From assembly GCA_019058245.1 (NCBI GenBank), contig JAHPZJ010000013.1, positions 73,166 through 137,165 of the forward strand: DNA of 64,000 bases, in the 5' to 3' direction. The notes below the pieces were generated by a model. It was not told the origin of the DNA, searched no databases, and saw only the letters and a list, made by a program, of their open reading frames with translations. The DNA is from Promethearchaeota archaeon. GTDB lineage: Archaea; Asgardarchaeota; Lokiarchaeia; Sigyniarchaeales; SOKP01. A program made the position numbers and the translations under genes. The number at the start of each line of letters is the position of its first letter. Positions within the stretch are counted from its first letter, which is position 1. Positions 50,031 to 59,674 of the stretch are shown here, piece by piece.

Positions 50031-50390
50031 TTAATTTCTCCCATGTTTTTACAGGATATTAAAAGTTTAATTTTAATCAATAAAAAAATTTCTTAATAAG
50101 ATTAGAATTCTTGTTTTTTCTTAATAGACTTAAATAAATCCAAATTTTTTTCTAGATGATTTGTTAGAAGAAAATCTTTTTTAACTTTTTTATGCCCAAT
50201 AATTGTGAATAATTATATAAAATCGATTCAGAAGTTTTCTTAAATTTTAACACATCAGTCGTTTTTTAAATTTATTTATTTATTCAACTTTAGATTCATA
50301 AACATAATATTTATAAATATAAGTATCTCACTTTTTCTTTGATTTTTTCTTATAAGGGAAGAAATTTACAATTTAATTAAAAGTAAAAAG

Positions 50391-51860
50391 ATGAAAAAAA
50401 TGAAAAAAATAACAAATCATAAAATTTTCTTACTCTTGTTTTCATTTCTAATGATCCTTGGCTCCTCGTTCTTTATATTTCCTATTACAGCAGCTCCAGA
50501 ACCTAAAACATCTCAAATAAGTTTAAATATTGTTGTAACCAGTGAACAATATGCTTCTATAAATGATATAAAAGATGATTTTCTTGCCTCAGAGTATGGA
50601 AATGGAATAGACAGTGTAACTGTAACTTCTTCAGGTGATACAGCCAATGATCAATTAACCTATATACAAACTCGTATGGCAACACAAGACACATCATTGG
50701 ATGTTGTAGGAATGGATGTTGTCTGGACAGCTCTTTTTGCTGAAAATGGCTGGGTTATAAATTTGGATTCTTATTTAGAACCAAATGAAATGGATAATTA
50801 TATTGGTGGAATGGTAGATTCAGGGACATATAATGGAAGCCTGTGGGCATTTCCTTATTTCTTTAATTTAGGTGTTCTCTATTATCGCAAAGATTTATTG
50901 ACAAAATATGGCTATGATGAAACAGATTTTGATACTTGGGCTGAATTAAATGCAACAGCAAATGATATTTTAGAACAAGAAAATGATCCTAATTTAGTTG
51001 GATATGTAGCACAATTTGATAATTATGAAGGTGGAACAGTTAACTTTCAAGAATGGATTGGAAGCAATGGTGCAACAGCAATTTTTGATGCACAGGGTAA
51101 TCCTGATGTGACTTCAACAAAAATAATTGAAGCCTTAACCTTCTTAAAAGCATTAATTGCTACTTCTGCTACAACTGATTTAAGGACTACTGATTATATT
51201 ATTAATCGTGATGCATTAACTTATAATGAAGGAACATCAGAAGGAAAATGGTCAGATGGGGAAGCTATATTTTGTCGACAATGGCCATATGTGTATGGTA
51301 TTACTATCGATAATCCTGATTTGAATGCAACTGATGGAATGGGAACTTACACTCAATTTGGAGTAGCACCAATTCCTACATTTAGTGGTGCTGCAGATGA
51401 GAAATCTTCTTGTGTTGGTGGAGCAATTTTAGGAATTTCAGCATATAGTGAACATAAAGATGCAGCATATAATCTTACAAAATGGCTTTGTTCAAATTAT
51501 TCTCAATATTATGCATTAGATGAATATGCTCATCCTCCTGCGTTGAAAGAAACTTATACAACTATCCCTCCTGGTCAGGAATGGGTCGAGGATTTCTATC
51601 TTGCGTCAGGAGTAACTCTTGCTAGACCAAAGAACGAAAATTATCCAGATATTAGTAGCGCAATTTCAACTCGTTTTTCACAAATTATTAGTTGTCAAAG
51701 TACTCCAACTGCAGGAATGAATAATTTACAAAAAGACATTGAAGATATTTTAAACCCACCACCCGAAGTTGTCCCCGGTTATGAATTGTCGATATTATTA
51801 ATAGCAATTGCTTCTATGATGGCAATTATTATCGTTTTCAAGAAGAAGAAGATTTTTTAA
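50391..51860 (+). CDS. sugar ABC transporter substrate-binding protein with C-terminal PGY-TM-basic sorting signal
   Basis: Signal peptide; DVVWTA.FA, LYYRKDLL, YEG, RQWPY; tail VVPGY-TM-KKKK. Confidence 0.88.
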   Translation: MKKMKKITNHKIFLLLFSFLMILGSSFFIFPITAAPEPKTSQISLNIVVTSEQYASINDIKDDFLASEYGNGIDSVTVTSSGDTANDQLTYIQTRMATQDTSLDVVGMDVVWTALFAENGWVINLDSYLEPNEMDNYIGGMVDSGTYNGSLWAFPYFFNLGVLYYRKDLLTKYGYDETDFDTWAELNATANDILEQENDPNLVGYVAQFDNYEGGTVNFQEWIGSNGATAIFDAQGNPDVTSTKIIEALTFLKALIATSATTDLRTTDYIINRDALTYNEGTSEGKWSDGEAIFCRQWPYVYGITIDNPDLNATDGMGTYTQFGVAPIPTFSGAADEKSSCVGGAILGISAYSEHKDAAYNLTKWLCSNYSQYYALDEYAHPPALKETYTTIPPGQEWVEDFYLASGVTLARPKNENYPDISSAISTRFSQIISCQSTPTAGMNNLQKDIEDILNPPPEVVPGYELSILLIAIASMMAIIIVFKKKKIF

Positions 51861-51953
51861 TAAAGAAATAAAGAATTAATAATTAAATACTATTTTTTTT
51901 TTCATTTGATATTTTATATTTGATAGAATGATAATTGTTTTAATGAAATAAAA

Positions 51954-53999
51954 ATGACAAATAGTTTCACTTATAAAGCAGACGTTATGGAAATTCCTTA
52001 TGAAAAAACCTTTAAAACTCGTGAAAAACCTGTCTCAGATACTAAATTTGTCATTTCATTAACGAGTCCAGCAATTATTCTTTTTTTAATTGCCGTCCTT
52101 ATACCAATTGCCCTTGGTATTTTTATAAGTTTTACTAATAGTAGCGCTCAAACGGGTTATTTTGGAAATAGGTTAATTCTTACAAATTTTTATGAATTAT
52201 TATTTTATGGGAAAAGAAATTCAGATCTTTTTTGGCAATATACATATCAAACTATTTTTTTCTCTGTAGCCTCTTTGAGTATTGAATTCATATTAGGTTT
52301 ATTATTTGCTCTTATATTAAATAAAGAATTTAAAGGTCGTGGATTAGCAAGGGCAACATTACTTATTCCATGGGCAATTCCAACAGTTGCCTCAGCAACT
52401 ATATTTAGATATGAAATCTTTGCGCCTGCTGATAGTTATGGGCTCGTAAATAATATAATTACACTTCTAAATTTTCAACCAGTAAATTTTTATGGTCCAG
52501 ATGCACAAATTCTTTTTCAATTACCTGTTTTAATTCCTTATGAACCATATATTACCGAAATTCCAATTAAAATGACTATGGTTGTTGTAATAATAATTGA
52601 CGTATGGAAAACAACGCCTTTTATTACTTTATTAATATTAGCTGCTTTACAGATTGTCCCTAAGGATTTATATAAAGCCGGAGATATTGCGGGGACCAGC
52701 AGTTGGCAGAAATTTAGATATATCTCCTGGCCATTAATAAAACCAGGTGTTGGAATAGCCTTGGTATTTCGTATGATGCAAGCACTTAGAGTTTATGATT
52801 CCGTAGTAGTTTTTAATGACAATAGTGTTAATTCTATGACATCCCAATCAGTTATTTTATGGATTAGTGGAGATTTTGGGCTTGCATCTACAGTAGCAGT
52901 TTTATTATTTCTTTTAATTATAATTTTTGCGAGTCTTATTTTAATTTCAACAAGAAGAAAAGAAAAACCCGAATCAGGAAAAAGAGCAGAAGGTGATATA
53001 ACCTATCAAGAAAAAAAAACAATTTATAGGGTTGATCAATTTCTTGAAGCTACAGGTATAGGCTTTAAAACGAAAATTAAACCACCTTCACAGCGAAAAA
53101 TTAAGAAGTATAAAAGGCAGAGATATTTAAGAAGAATATTCTTTTATTTTTCTGCTATAGTTATGTGTATTTTTTGCGCTTTACCTTTTATTTGGATTTT
53201 TCTAAGATCATTTAGATATCCATATCCAGATATAAGCCAAACTTCATTTGAATTAATACCAAAAGTTTTTTCAATAGATTCATATAAAATCCTTTTTCAA
53301 ACCTCACGATTTACAGGAGTATCATTTGATAAAGCTCTTATTAATAGTACTATACTTTCTGGATTAACAGTGTTAGTTGTTATAATTATCGGTTCTTTAA
53401 TTGCATATGCTATTGCAAAATTTAAATTTCGAGGAAAAAATATTTTAAATTCTTTCGTTTTTTCTATGAATAGTCTTCCCCCTTTAGTTATTATTATTCC
53501 ATTTTTTATTCAGATTATAGCGGTAAATAGTTTAATGCCATTCGTACAACTTAAAGATAATATTTTTACACTAGTTTTACCTTATGCTGCGTTTAATCTG
53601 CCATTAGCAGTTTTTGTTTTAATAGCATTTTTCAAGGAGATACCTAAAGAATTATGGAGTGCTGCTAAAGTTGATGGAGCAACTAATTTCCAAGTATTTA
53701 GGAAAATAATTCTTCCATTAACAATTCCTGGAATTTTTACATGCGCTATTTTAGTGTTTATATCAGCATGGAATGAACTCCTTTTCGCACAAATATTTTT
53801 AACTACTGATGCTCACCATACTGTTCCACGAGCCATATTAAGATTTGTTTTCAATGAATTAAGTCTACAGGCTCCTTGGGATACAGGTATAGTTTTAATG
53901 GCTGCAACATCGTTGGCAACAGTACCTTTAGTAATTGTGGTTCTAATATTTCAAAAAAAAATAATTAGTGGGTTAACTCAAGGTGCTGTGAAAGGATAA
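51954..53999 (+). CDS. fused double carbohydrate ABC permease (MalF+MalG-like)
   Basis: Two EAA-like loops (LYKAGDIAG, LWSAAKVDGA), WKTTPF, AWNE, C-terminal GAVKG. Confidence 0.9.
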   Translation: MTNSFTYKADVMEIPYEKTFKTREKPVSDTKFVISLTSPAIILFLIAVLIPIALGIFISFTNSSAQTGYFGNRLILTNFYELLFYGKRNSDLFWQYTYQTIFFSVASLSIEFILGLLFALILNKEFKGRGLARATLLIPWAIPTVASATIFRYEIFAPADSYGLVNNIITLLNFQPVNFYGPDAQILFQLPVLIPYEPYITEIPIKMTMVVVIIIDVWKTTPFITLLILAALQIVPKDLYKAGDIAGTSSWQKFRYISWPLIKPGVGIALVFRMMQALRVYDSVVVFNDNSVNSMTSQSVILWISGDFGLASTVAVLLFLLIIIFASLILISTRRKEKPESGKRAEGDITYQEKKTIYRVDQFLEATGIGFKTKIKPPSQRKIKKYKRQRYLRRIFFYFSAIVMCIFCALPFIWIFLRSFRYPYPDISQTSFELIPKVFSIDSYKILFQTSRFTGVSFDKALINSTILSGLTVLVVIIIGSLIAYAIAKFKFRGKNILNSFVFSMNSLPPLVIIIPFFIQIIAVNSLMPFVQLKDNIFTLVLPYAAFNLPLAVFVLIAFFKEIPKELWSAAKVDGATNFQVFRKIILPLTIPGIFTCAILVFISAWNELLFAQIFLTTDAHHTVPRAILRFVFNELSLQAPWDTGIVLMAATSLATVPLVIVVLIFQKKIISGLTQGAVKG

Positions 54000-54027
54000 T
54001 TATAATTTAATATGTGAAGGTGTAAAT

Positions 54028-55119
54028 ATGGTAATAATAAGATTAGAAAATGTAAATAAAGTTTTTCAACCAGATGTGCATGTATTGAATGATATCAACC
54101 TTGAAATTAAGGATAAAGAATTCATGGTTCTTGTAGGTCCATCTGGATGCGGGAAATCTACCTGTTTAAATATAATTGCTGGATTAGAATATGTAACAAA
54201 TGGTAAAGTGTTTTTTGATGATGCAGATGTAACATATTTGCCCCCAAAAGAAAGAAAAATAGCAATGGTTTTTCAAAGTTATGCTTTATATCCTCATATG
54301 AATGTAAGAGATAATATGGGATTCGCTTTGAAATTAGCTAAAGTTAATAAAAACGAAATAAATAAAAGAGTAAATGCCGCAGCAAAACTCTTAGAAATCT
54401 CTAATTTATTGGATAGAAAGCCAGGAGAATTAAGTGGAGGACAGCGCCAAAGGGTAGCATTAGGGAGATCAATTGTAAGAAACCCGACGGTTTTTCTCTT
54501 TGATGAACCTTTAAGCAATTTAGATGCTAAATTACGTATTCAAATGAGAGGTGAAATTATCAAATTACAACGAACACTTCAAATTACTCAAGTATATGTA
54601 ACTCATGATCAAGTAGAAGCAATGTCAATGGCAGATCGTATAGCTATTCTATTTAACGGTAAATTTCAGCAAATTGGAACACCTAGTGATGTGTATAATA
54701 AACCAGCAAATATGTTTGTAGCAGGATTTATTGGATCTCCTACGATGAATTTTTTTAACTCGAAATTAGATTCTAATAAATTAATTTTTGGTAGACAAGA
54801 GTACGCTTTGCCCTTAAATATTATAGAAATTCTTAGAAATAAAAAAGTAAATGAATTTATTTTGGGTATTCGTCCCGAACATATAAATATTTCTCCCGTT
54901 CCTAATGATCAATCCTATGAAGTTGAACTAACAGTTGTAGAATTTCTTGGAGCGGAAACAATTATTACTTATGAGTTTGCAGATGGAATTAGTGGCATGG
55001 TTTCTGCTTCTGGTTTTTATGATGCTAAAATGGGTGATAAGGCATATATCTCATTCCCCTCTGAGAAAATCCATATATTTGATAAAGAAACAGAGATAAA
55101 TATTATTCATAAATCTTAA
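54028..55119 (+). CDS. sugar ABC transporter ATPase (MalK/UgpC-like)
   Basis: GPSGCGKS, VFQSYALYPHM, LSGGQRQR, DEPLSNLDA, GIRPE. Confidence 0.95.
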   Translation: MVIIRLENVNKVFQPDVHVLNDINLEIKDKEFMVLVGPSGCGKSTCLNIIAGLEYVTNGKVFFDDADVTYLPPKERKIAMVFQSYALYPHMNVRDNMGFALKLAKVNKNEINKRVNAAAKLLEISNLLDRKPGELSGGQRQRVALGRSIVRNPTVFLFDEPLSNLDAKLRIQMRGEIIKLQRTLQITQVYVTHDQVEAMSMADRIAILFNGKFQQIGTPSDVYNKPANMFVAGFIGSPTMNFFNSKLDSNKLIFGRQEYALPLNIIEILRNKKVNEFILGIRPEHINISPVPNDQSYEVELTVVEFLGAETIITYEFADGISGMVSASGFYDAKMGDKAYISFPSEKIHIFDKETEINIIHKS

Positions 55120-55146
55120 TTGTAATAAATAATAGAAATAAAAAAT

Positions 55147-55632
55147 GTGACCAATATTTCATTTGCAACTTTATATCAAAAAGCAAGAGAAAAGAATGTT
55201 CTTGCTGGAATAGTGATAGTTGATTTGATTGCGTTTATTTCATATGTGATTTTTTCTGCTGGGATTTTTTATTATGGTGATCTCCAGATGTGTATTGGGT
55301 GTATCATAGGTACTATATTTGCTCTTAAGAATATTAAATCAAATCAATCGTATTTAAAACATGGTATAATAGTTGGCTTAGGTGGAACTATTTTAACTGC
55401 GATATCATGCAGTATTTTTGATTGGATAATTTTATCTTCAATAAATGGATTAAATTTATCTTATTTTCTAATAATTTTAGGATTTTTTTTTATTGAAGCA
55501 ATTATAATTGGCATTATAATTGGTTTAACAATAGGCGGGATTATGTGGATTTTTTATCACTCTAAGGATAAAAGCCTTAGAGAAAAATCAATAAAGGAAG
55601 ATGAATTTTATGAAGGTCTAATAGAAAAATAA
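55147..55632 (+). CDS. hypothetical membrane protein
   Basis: About four hydrophobic segments. Confidence 0.6.
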   Translation: MTNISFATLYQKAREKNVLAGIVIVDLIAFISYVIFSAGIFYYGDLQMCIGCIIGTIFALKNIKSNQSYLKHGIIVGLGGTILTAISCSIFDWIILSSINGLNLSYFLIILGFFFIEAIIIGIIIGLTIGGIMWIFYHSKDKSLREKSIKEDEFYEGLIEK

Positions 55633-55673
55633 ATTAAATATCAATTTAATTAATAGTTAAGAGTAAATAAAGA

Positions 55674-55940
55674 TTGATTAAAATGGAATTTAGAAAATTT
55701 TTAAGTAAGTTTATCGAGTATAATAAAAATATTCTAAAAAAGTTAATAATAATTTGTATTCTTGTATTATATTTCTCATTTTTGGTTTTCTATAATATTT
55801 TTAGAAGATCTTTAAATTATTCTATAGGATCAAGCTTTCTCTTTGGCGTAATATTTGGTTTAATATTTACTTTTTTAATTATTTTTCTAATAGATATCCT
55901 ACGTTTTTTTTATTTAATTAAATCAGGAAGAGAAGTATGA
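55674..55940 (+). CDS. small hypothetical membrane protein
   Basis: Two hydrophobic segments. Confidence 0.45.
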   Translation: MIKMEFRKFLSKFIEYNKNILKKLIIICILVLYFSFLVFYNIFRRSLNYSIGSSFLFGVIFGLIFTFLIIFLIDILRFFYLIKSGREV

Positions 55941-56063
55941 AACATTTTGTCACTTTCATTTCCCGCCCTAAATATAAATTATTTAAAAAAAATATCCAAT
56001 AAAACTATATTTAAGAATTAATTTTAGATTATCAATAGAGAAAATATTGAAATATTTAGTTGG

Positions 56064-57488
56064 ATGTTTGTCGAATATTTTTATTATCTTAAAGAAAGAT
56101 TGCCCGTAAGCATTACGGAATATATGACATTAATACAGGCTCTCAATCAAGGTCTTATTCATAATATGGTTGAGTTTTATTACATTTCACGTTCAATTTT
56201 ATGTAAAAATGAGCATCATTTTGATATATATGACATTGCATTTGCTAATTTTTTCAAAGAAGCTATGCTTAAATTCCCAGATGATATTAAACAAGAAATA
56301 TGGGATTGGCTCAATAAAGATATTACACTTCCAGAACTTGTAGAAGGCTTAAAATTAATTTTAAAAGAATATCAAGAATATATAAATATCGAAGATTTAG
56401 AACAATTTCTTGAAGAACTGCTAGAAAAATTTGGATCAGTGGATGGAAGTAAAATACTCATTAATGCACCGGAGCAAATAAAAGATGAAATCTGGAAATG
56501 GTTAGAAAAGAATTTTGATCTATCAAATATAGAAGGAAATCTTCAAGAAATGATGAGTCAATTTCTTGAGCTTGAAGAAATGCAAAAGCGATTTGAAGAG
56601 CTAATGCAGATGCAAAATGAAGAACATAATAAGGGTTCCCGTTGGATTGGCACGCAAGGAACATCACCCTTTGGTCATGGAGGTCAGAATCCAATGGGTA
56701 TGAGGGTTGGAGGCTCTGCAGGTATGCGAATGGCTATGCAAATTGCGCAAAAAAGGATCTTTAAAGATTATAGAAAAGATATTGTGTTAGATACAAGGCA
56801 AATTAAAGTAGCTCTAAAACGACTTAAAAAATTAGAAGAAATCGGGAAAAAAGATGAATTAGATTTAGATAAAACGATTGATAAAACTGCTAAAAACTAT
56901 GGAGACATCGAATTAGTTTTTGATAAAAAGAGAAAAAATAATGTAAGAATGATTCTTTTAATGGATGTTGGAGGTAGTATGACTCCTTATGCTCATTTGG
57001 TTAATCTTCTTTTCTCCGCAGCAAATAATATGTCTCATTGGCGAGAATTCAAATATTATTACTTCCATAATTGTATTTATGAAACTCTCTATCTCAATGC
57101 TCGAAGGAATCCAGAAGAAGCAATAGATTTTAATGAATTTTTAAGAAAATATGATAGTAGATATAAGGTGGTTGTCGTTGGGGATGCTGCAATGGCAAGT
57201 TGGGAACTTACGGAAAAATATGGCTCTATATACTATTATCATAGAAATGAATTACCTGGTATTTATTATATTAGAGAGCTGGCAAATCATTTCAAAAATA
57301 ATGTAGTTTGGTTAAATCCTGAGCTTATAAGGCCTCAATGGGCCGCTTGGACACGAAAAATTATTTCAAGCATTATTCCAATGTTCGATTTAACTGTAGA
57401 AGGAATTGAAGTAGCCATGGATTTTCTTAGAAAAAGTGGTAAAAATATGTTTACTACTGTTCAGATGTTAAAAGGGTTAAACTATTAA
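56064..57488 (+). CDS. vWA-domain protein (MoxR partner, CoxE-like)
   Basis: WIGT.GTSPFGHGG, MIDAS-like DVGGSM, YFHNCIY, VGDAAM, WLNP. Confidence 0.88.
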   Translation: MFVEYFYYLKERLPVSITEYMTLIQALNQGLIHNMVEFYYISRSILCKNEHHFDIYDIAFANFFKEAMLKFPDDIKQEIWDWLNKDITLPELVEGLKLILKEYQEYINIEDLEQFLEELLEKFGSVDGSKILINAPEQIKDEIWKWLEKNFDLSNIEGNLQEMMSQFLELEEMQKRFEELMQMQNEEHNKGSRWIGTQGTSPFGHGGQNPMGMRVGGSAGMRMAMQIAQKRIFKDYRKDIVLDTRQIKVALKRLKKLEEIGKKDELDLDKTIDKTAKNYGDIELVFDKKRKNNVRMILLMDVGGSMTPYAHLVNLLFSAANNMSHWREFKYYYFHNCIYETLYLNARRNPEEAIDFNEFLRKYDSRYKVVVVGDAAMASWELTEKYGSIYYYHRNELPGIYYIRELANHFKNNVVWLNPELIRPQWAAWTRKIISSIIPMFDLTVEGIEVAMDFLRKSGKNMFTTVQMLKGLNY

Positions 57489-57517
57489 TCCTAATAGATT
57501 CATATTTTTATATATTT

Positions 57518-58048
57518 TTAATTTTTATCAAAAGGATCTGGGATTTTTATATCAAGCATAAATTGAAGCATCCCAAAAGCTAACACTATTAATAAAAATG
57601 CAATTACCAAAATCCAATCTGCAAATTTTTTATTGTAAACATATTTTGATGCATGATATATAAATATAAATCCGGTTGAGAACAGAAGCATTAGAACTGA
57701 TGCAACTATACTTTCAATAATAAAAGCTTCATAAATCTCGTCATACCATATCAAAATTGGTATATTATTGTTATCTGAAACCATCGAAGGAGGTTTTTTC
57801 ACAATCAAATATATTACTCCAGTTTGAAGAATGAATAAAATTGTAAAAATACCAATAATAATAAATGATTTAGGCGGTAAGGGTAATCTTAATCTAGGGC
57901 GTTTGAATTTAGGAAAGATAATTTTTGGTTTCCTAATTTTTTGACCAAAGATCCATGGAGTTTTCTTTTTAATTTTTTCAAAAATTGTTTCCGAACCGAG
58001 AATTTCTTTCTTTTTATTCTGATCTTTAATTTTTACTTGTTTTCTCAA
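57518..58048 (-). CDS. oligosaccharyltransferase accessory subunit, OSTC/DC2 (OST3/OST6 family)-like
   Basis: Pro/Lys-rich N-terminus, FILQTGVIYLIVKKPPS, FIIESIVAS.....GF, three TM helices. Confidence 0.7.
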   Translation of the reverse strand: MRKQVKIKDQNKKKEILGSETIFEKIKKKTPWIFGQKIRKPKIIFPKFKRPRLRLPLPPKSFIIIGIFTILFILQTGVIYLIVKKPPSMVSDNNNIPILIWYDEIYEAFIIESIVASVLMLLFSTGFIFIYHASKYVYNKKFADWILVIAFLLIVLAFGMLQFMLDIKIPDPFDKN

Positions 58049-58412
58049 ATTGATTTTAACCTTAAAATACGAATTCTAATATACAGTTTAAAATATCTAT
58101 AATCTTCCTCAAGATCATAGTTAATATAAAACAATCAATACAAAAAGTGAAGTTATTATATACAATATACGAAAAAATATTATAGATTTAAAGATTTAAA
58201 ATAAAAAATCCCAATTTGTATAATAGAACAAATATTCACTTTTCATATTGATGGATTTATATATTGAAAATTATAATTCATCAATAATAAAAAAAAAATT
58301 GTGATAATCTCTTTTCAATTTGTTTTTAACAAAACTAGTAGATTAATTACTAATAACTAATCTATAATTTTAGAATCCAATTTGATTAATTATAATATTT
58401 ATATTAAAGAAG

Positions 58413-59453
58413 ATGAAAAAAAACCTAAAAATTAAACTTAAAATTCTTTTTTTAATGAATTTATTCATCTTACCTTTAGTATTCTATATATATTCTAATC
58501 ATATAAAAAATGTAGAAAAAGTTAATGAAGATTATAATGTAAAAGATTTTGATTTAGATGATTTCCATTTTTCAGGCACAATCAATGAAGAAATCTCTGT
58601 TATTTCATTTGAAAATCCTCAAATTAGAGAATTTAATAATTTCATTGAACTAATATTAAGAAATCAAGAAAATTCTTATTTTATTTTTAGTTTTAATGCA
58701 ATCTTCTTACCATTTCTGCTTCTGGTACTTTTTATAAATATTTCAATAAATAAAAACTTTAAAGAGGTACACTCATTAGAAATTGAAGGCATATTAATAA
58801 CGAAAAAGGAAATGAAGATATTTGACTTAATTCAAGAATATTTAAATCATAATAGGATTTTTACCAAAGATAGCGTGGTTTCATATATCAAATCAAGATC
58901 TAAAACGAACGGCAACCTAAATTATAATGGTATTATAACTGTTATTGATTCACTCTTAACAAAGAATTTAATCCTTGAAGGGTCAAAATTTACTAGAAAA
59001 ACAGTTCTTTTAAATTCAAATAGGAAAACCGTTTATGATATGATAAATGAATATCCTGGAATCTATATGAATAAATTATCGAAAAAATTAAAATTAAGCC
59101 CATTTGTTATAAAGTGGCATTTATCAATATTGTCGAAATTTAATTTAATAAGAAAATTAAAGTTGAATAACAAAATATCCTATTTCAATTCTTCTTTGAA
59201 TACAGAAAATGATGAGCTTTTCAATATAATCTCAAGAGAAAAATGCATGAAAATAATTAGTTTTTTACATAAAAACAATAAAGGATATACTAAAAATCAA
59301 ATTGCTAAGTTATTAAATATGCATTACAATACAACAACTAAATACCTAAATGAAATTGATAAATTTAATTTATTAATTAAAAAACAAGCAAACAAGACTG
59401 AATATATTTATCTAAATGAAAATTATTATAAAAGTATAATAAAAGAATCTTGA
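58413..59453 (+). CDS. membrane-anchored protein with C-terminal tandem winged-HTH domains
   Basis: Two TM segments; N.NR..VY..I...PG.....L.....WHL..L and a second HTH (IAKLLNMHYNTT.KYL). Confidence 0.75.
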   Translation: MKKNLKIKLKILFLMNLFILPLVFYIYSNHIKNVEKVNEDYNVKDFDLDDFHFSGTINEEISVISFENPQIREFNNFIELILRNQENSYFIFSFNAIFLPFLLLVLFINISINKNFKEVHSLEIEGILITKKEMKIFDLIQEYLNHNRIFTKDSVVSYIKSRSKTNGNLNYNGIITVIDSLLTKNLILEGSKFTRKTVLLNSNRKTVYDMINEYPGIYMNKLSKKLKLSPFVIKWHLSILSKFNLIRKLKLNNKISYFNSSLNTENDELFNIISREKCMKIISFLHKNNKGYTKNQIAKLLNMHYNTTTKYLNEIDKFNLLIKKQANKTEYIYLNENYYKSIIKES

Positions 59454-59674
59454 ATTTTAAATTAAATCATTTTTTACTATTTGTACTACTTATTGAAACA
59501 TAAATAGTTTCTATAAGAATAAATTATATTCATAAATTTCTTTCATAATATTACTAGTTGAGATCATATACTAAAAATCAAATTTTTAGATTTTGATTAT
59601 TATTTACCGAAAAACTCATGATTTCATTTCTTAAATAAATTTTTTAGATGATACACACAAAAAGAGTATAAGTT

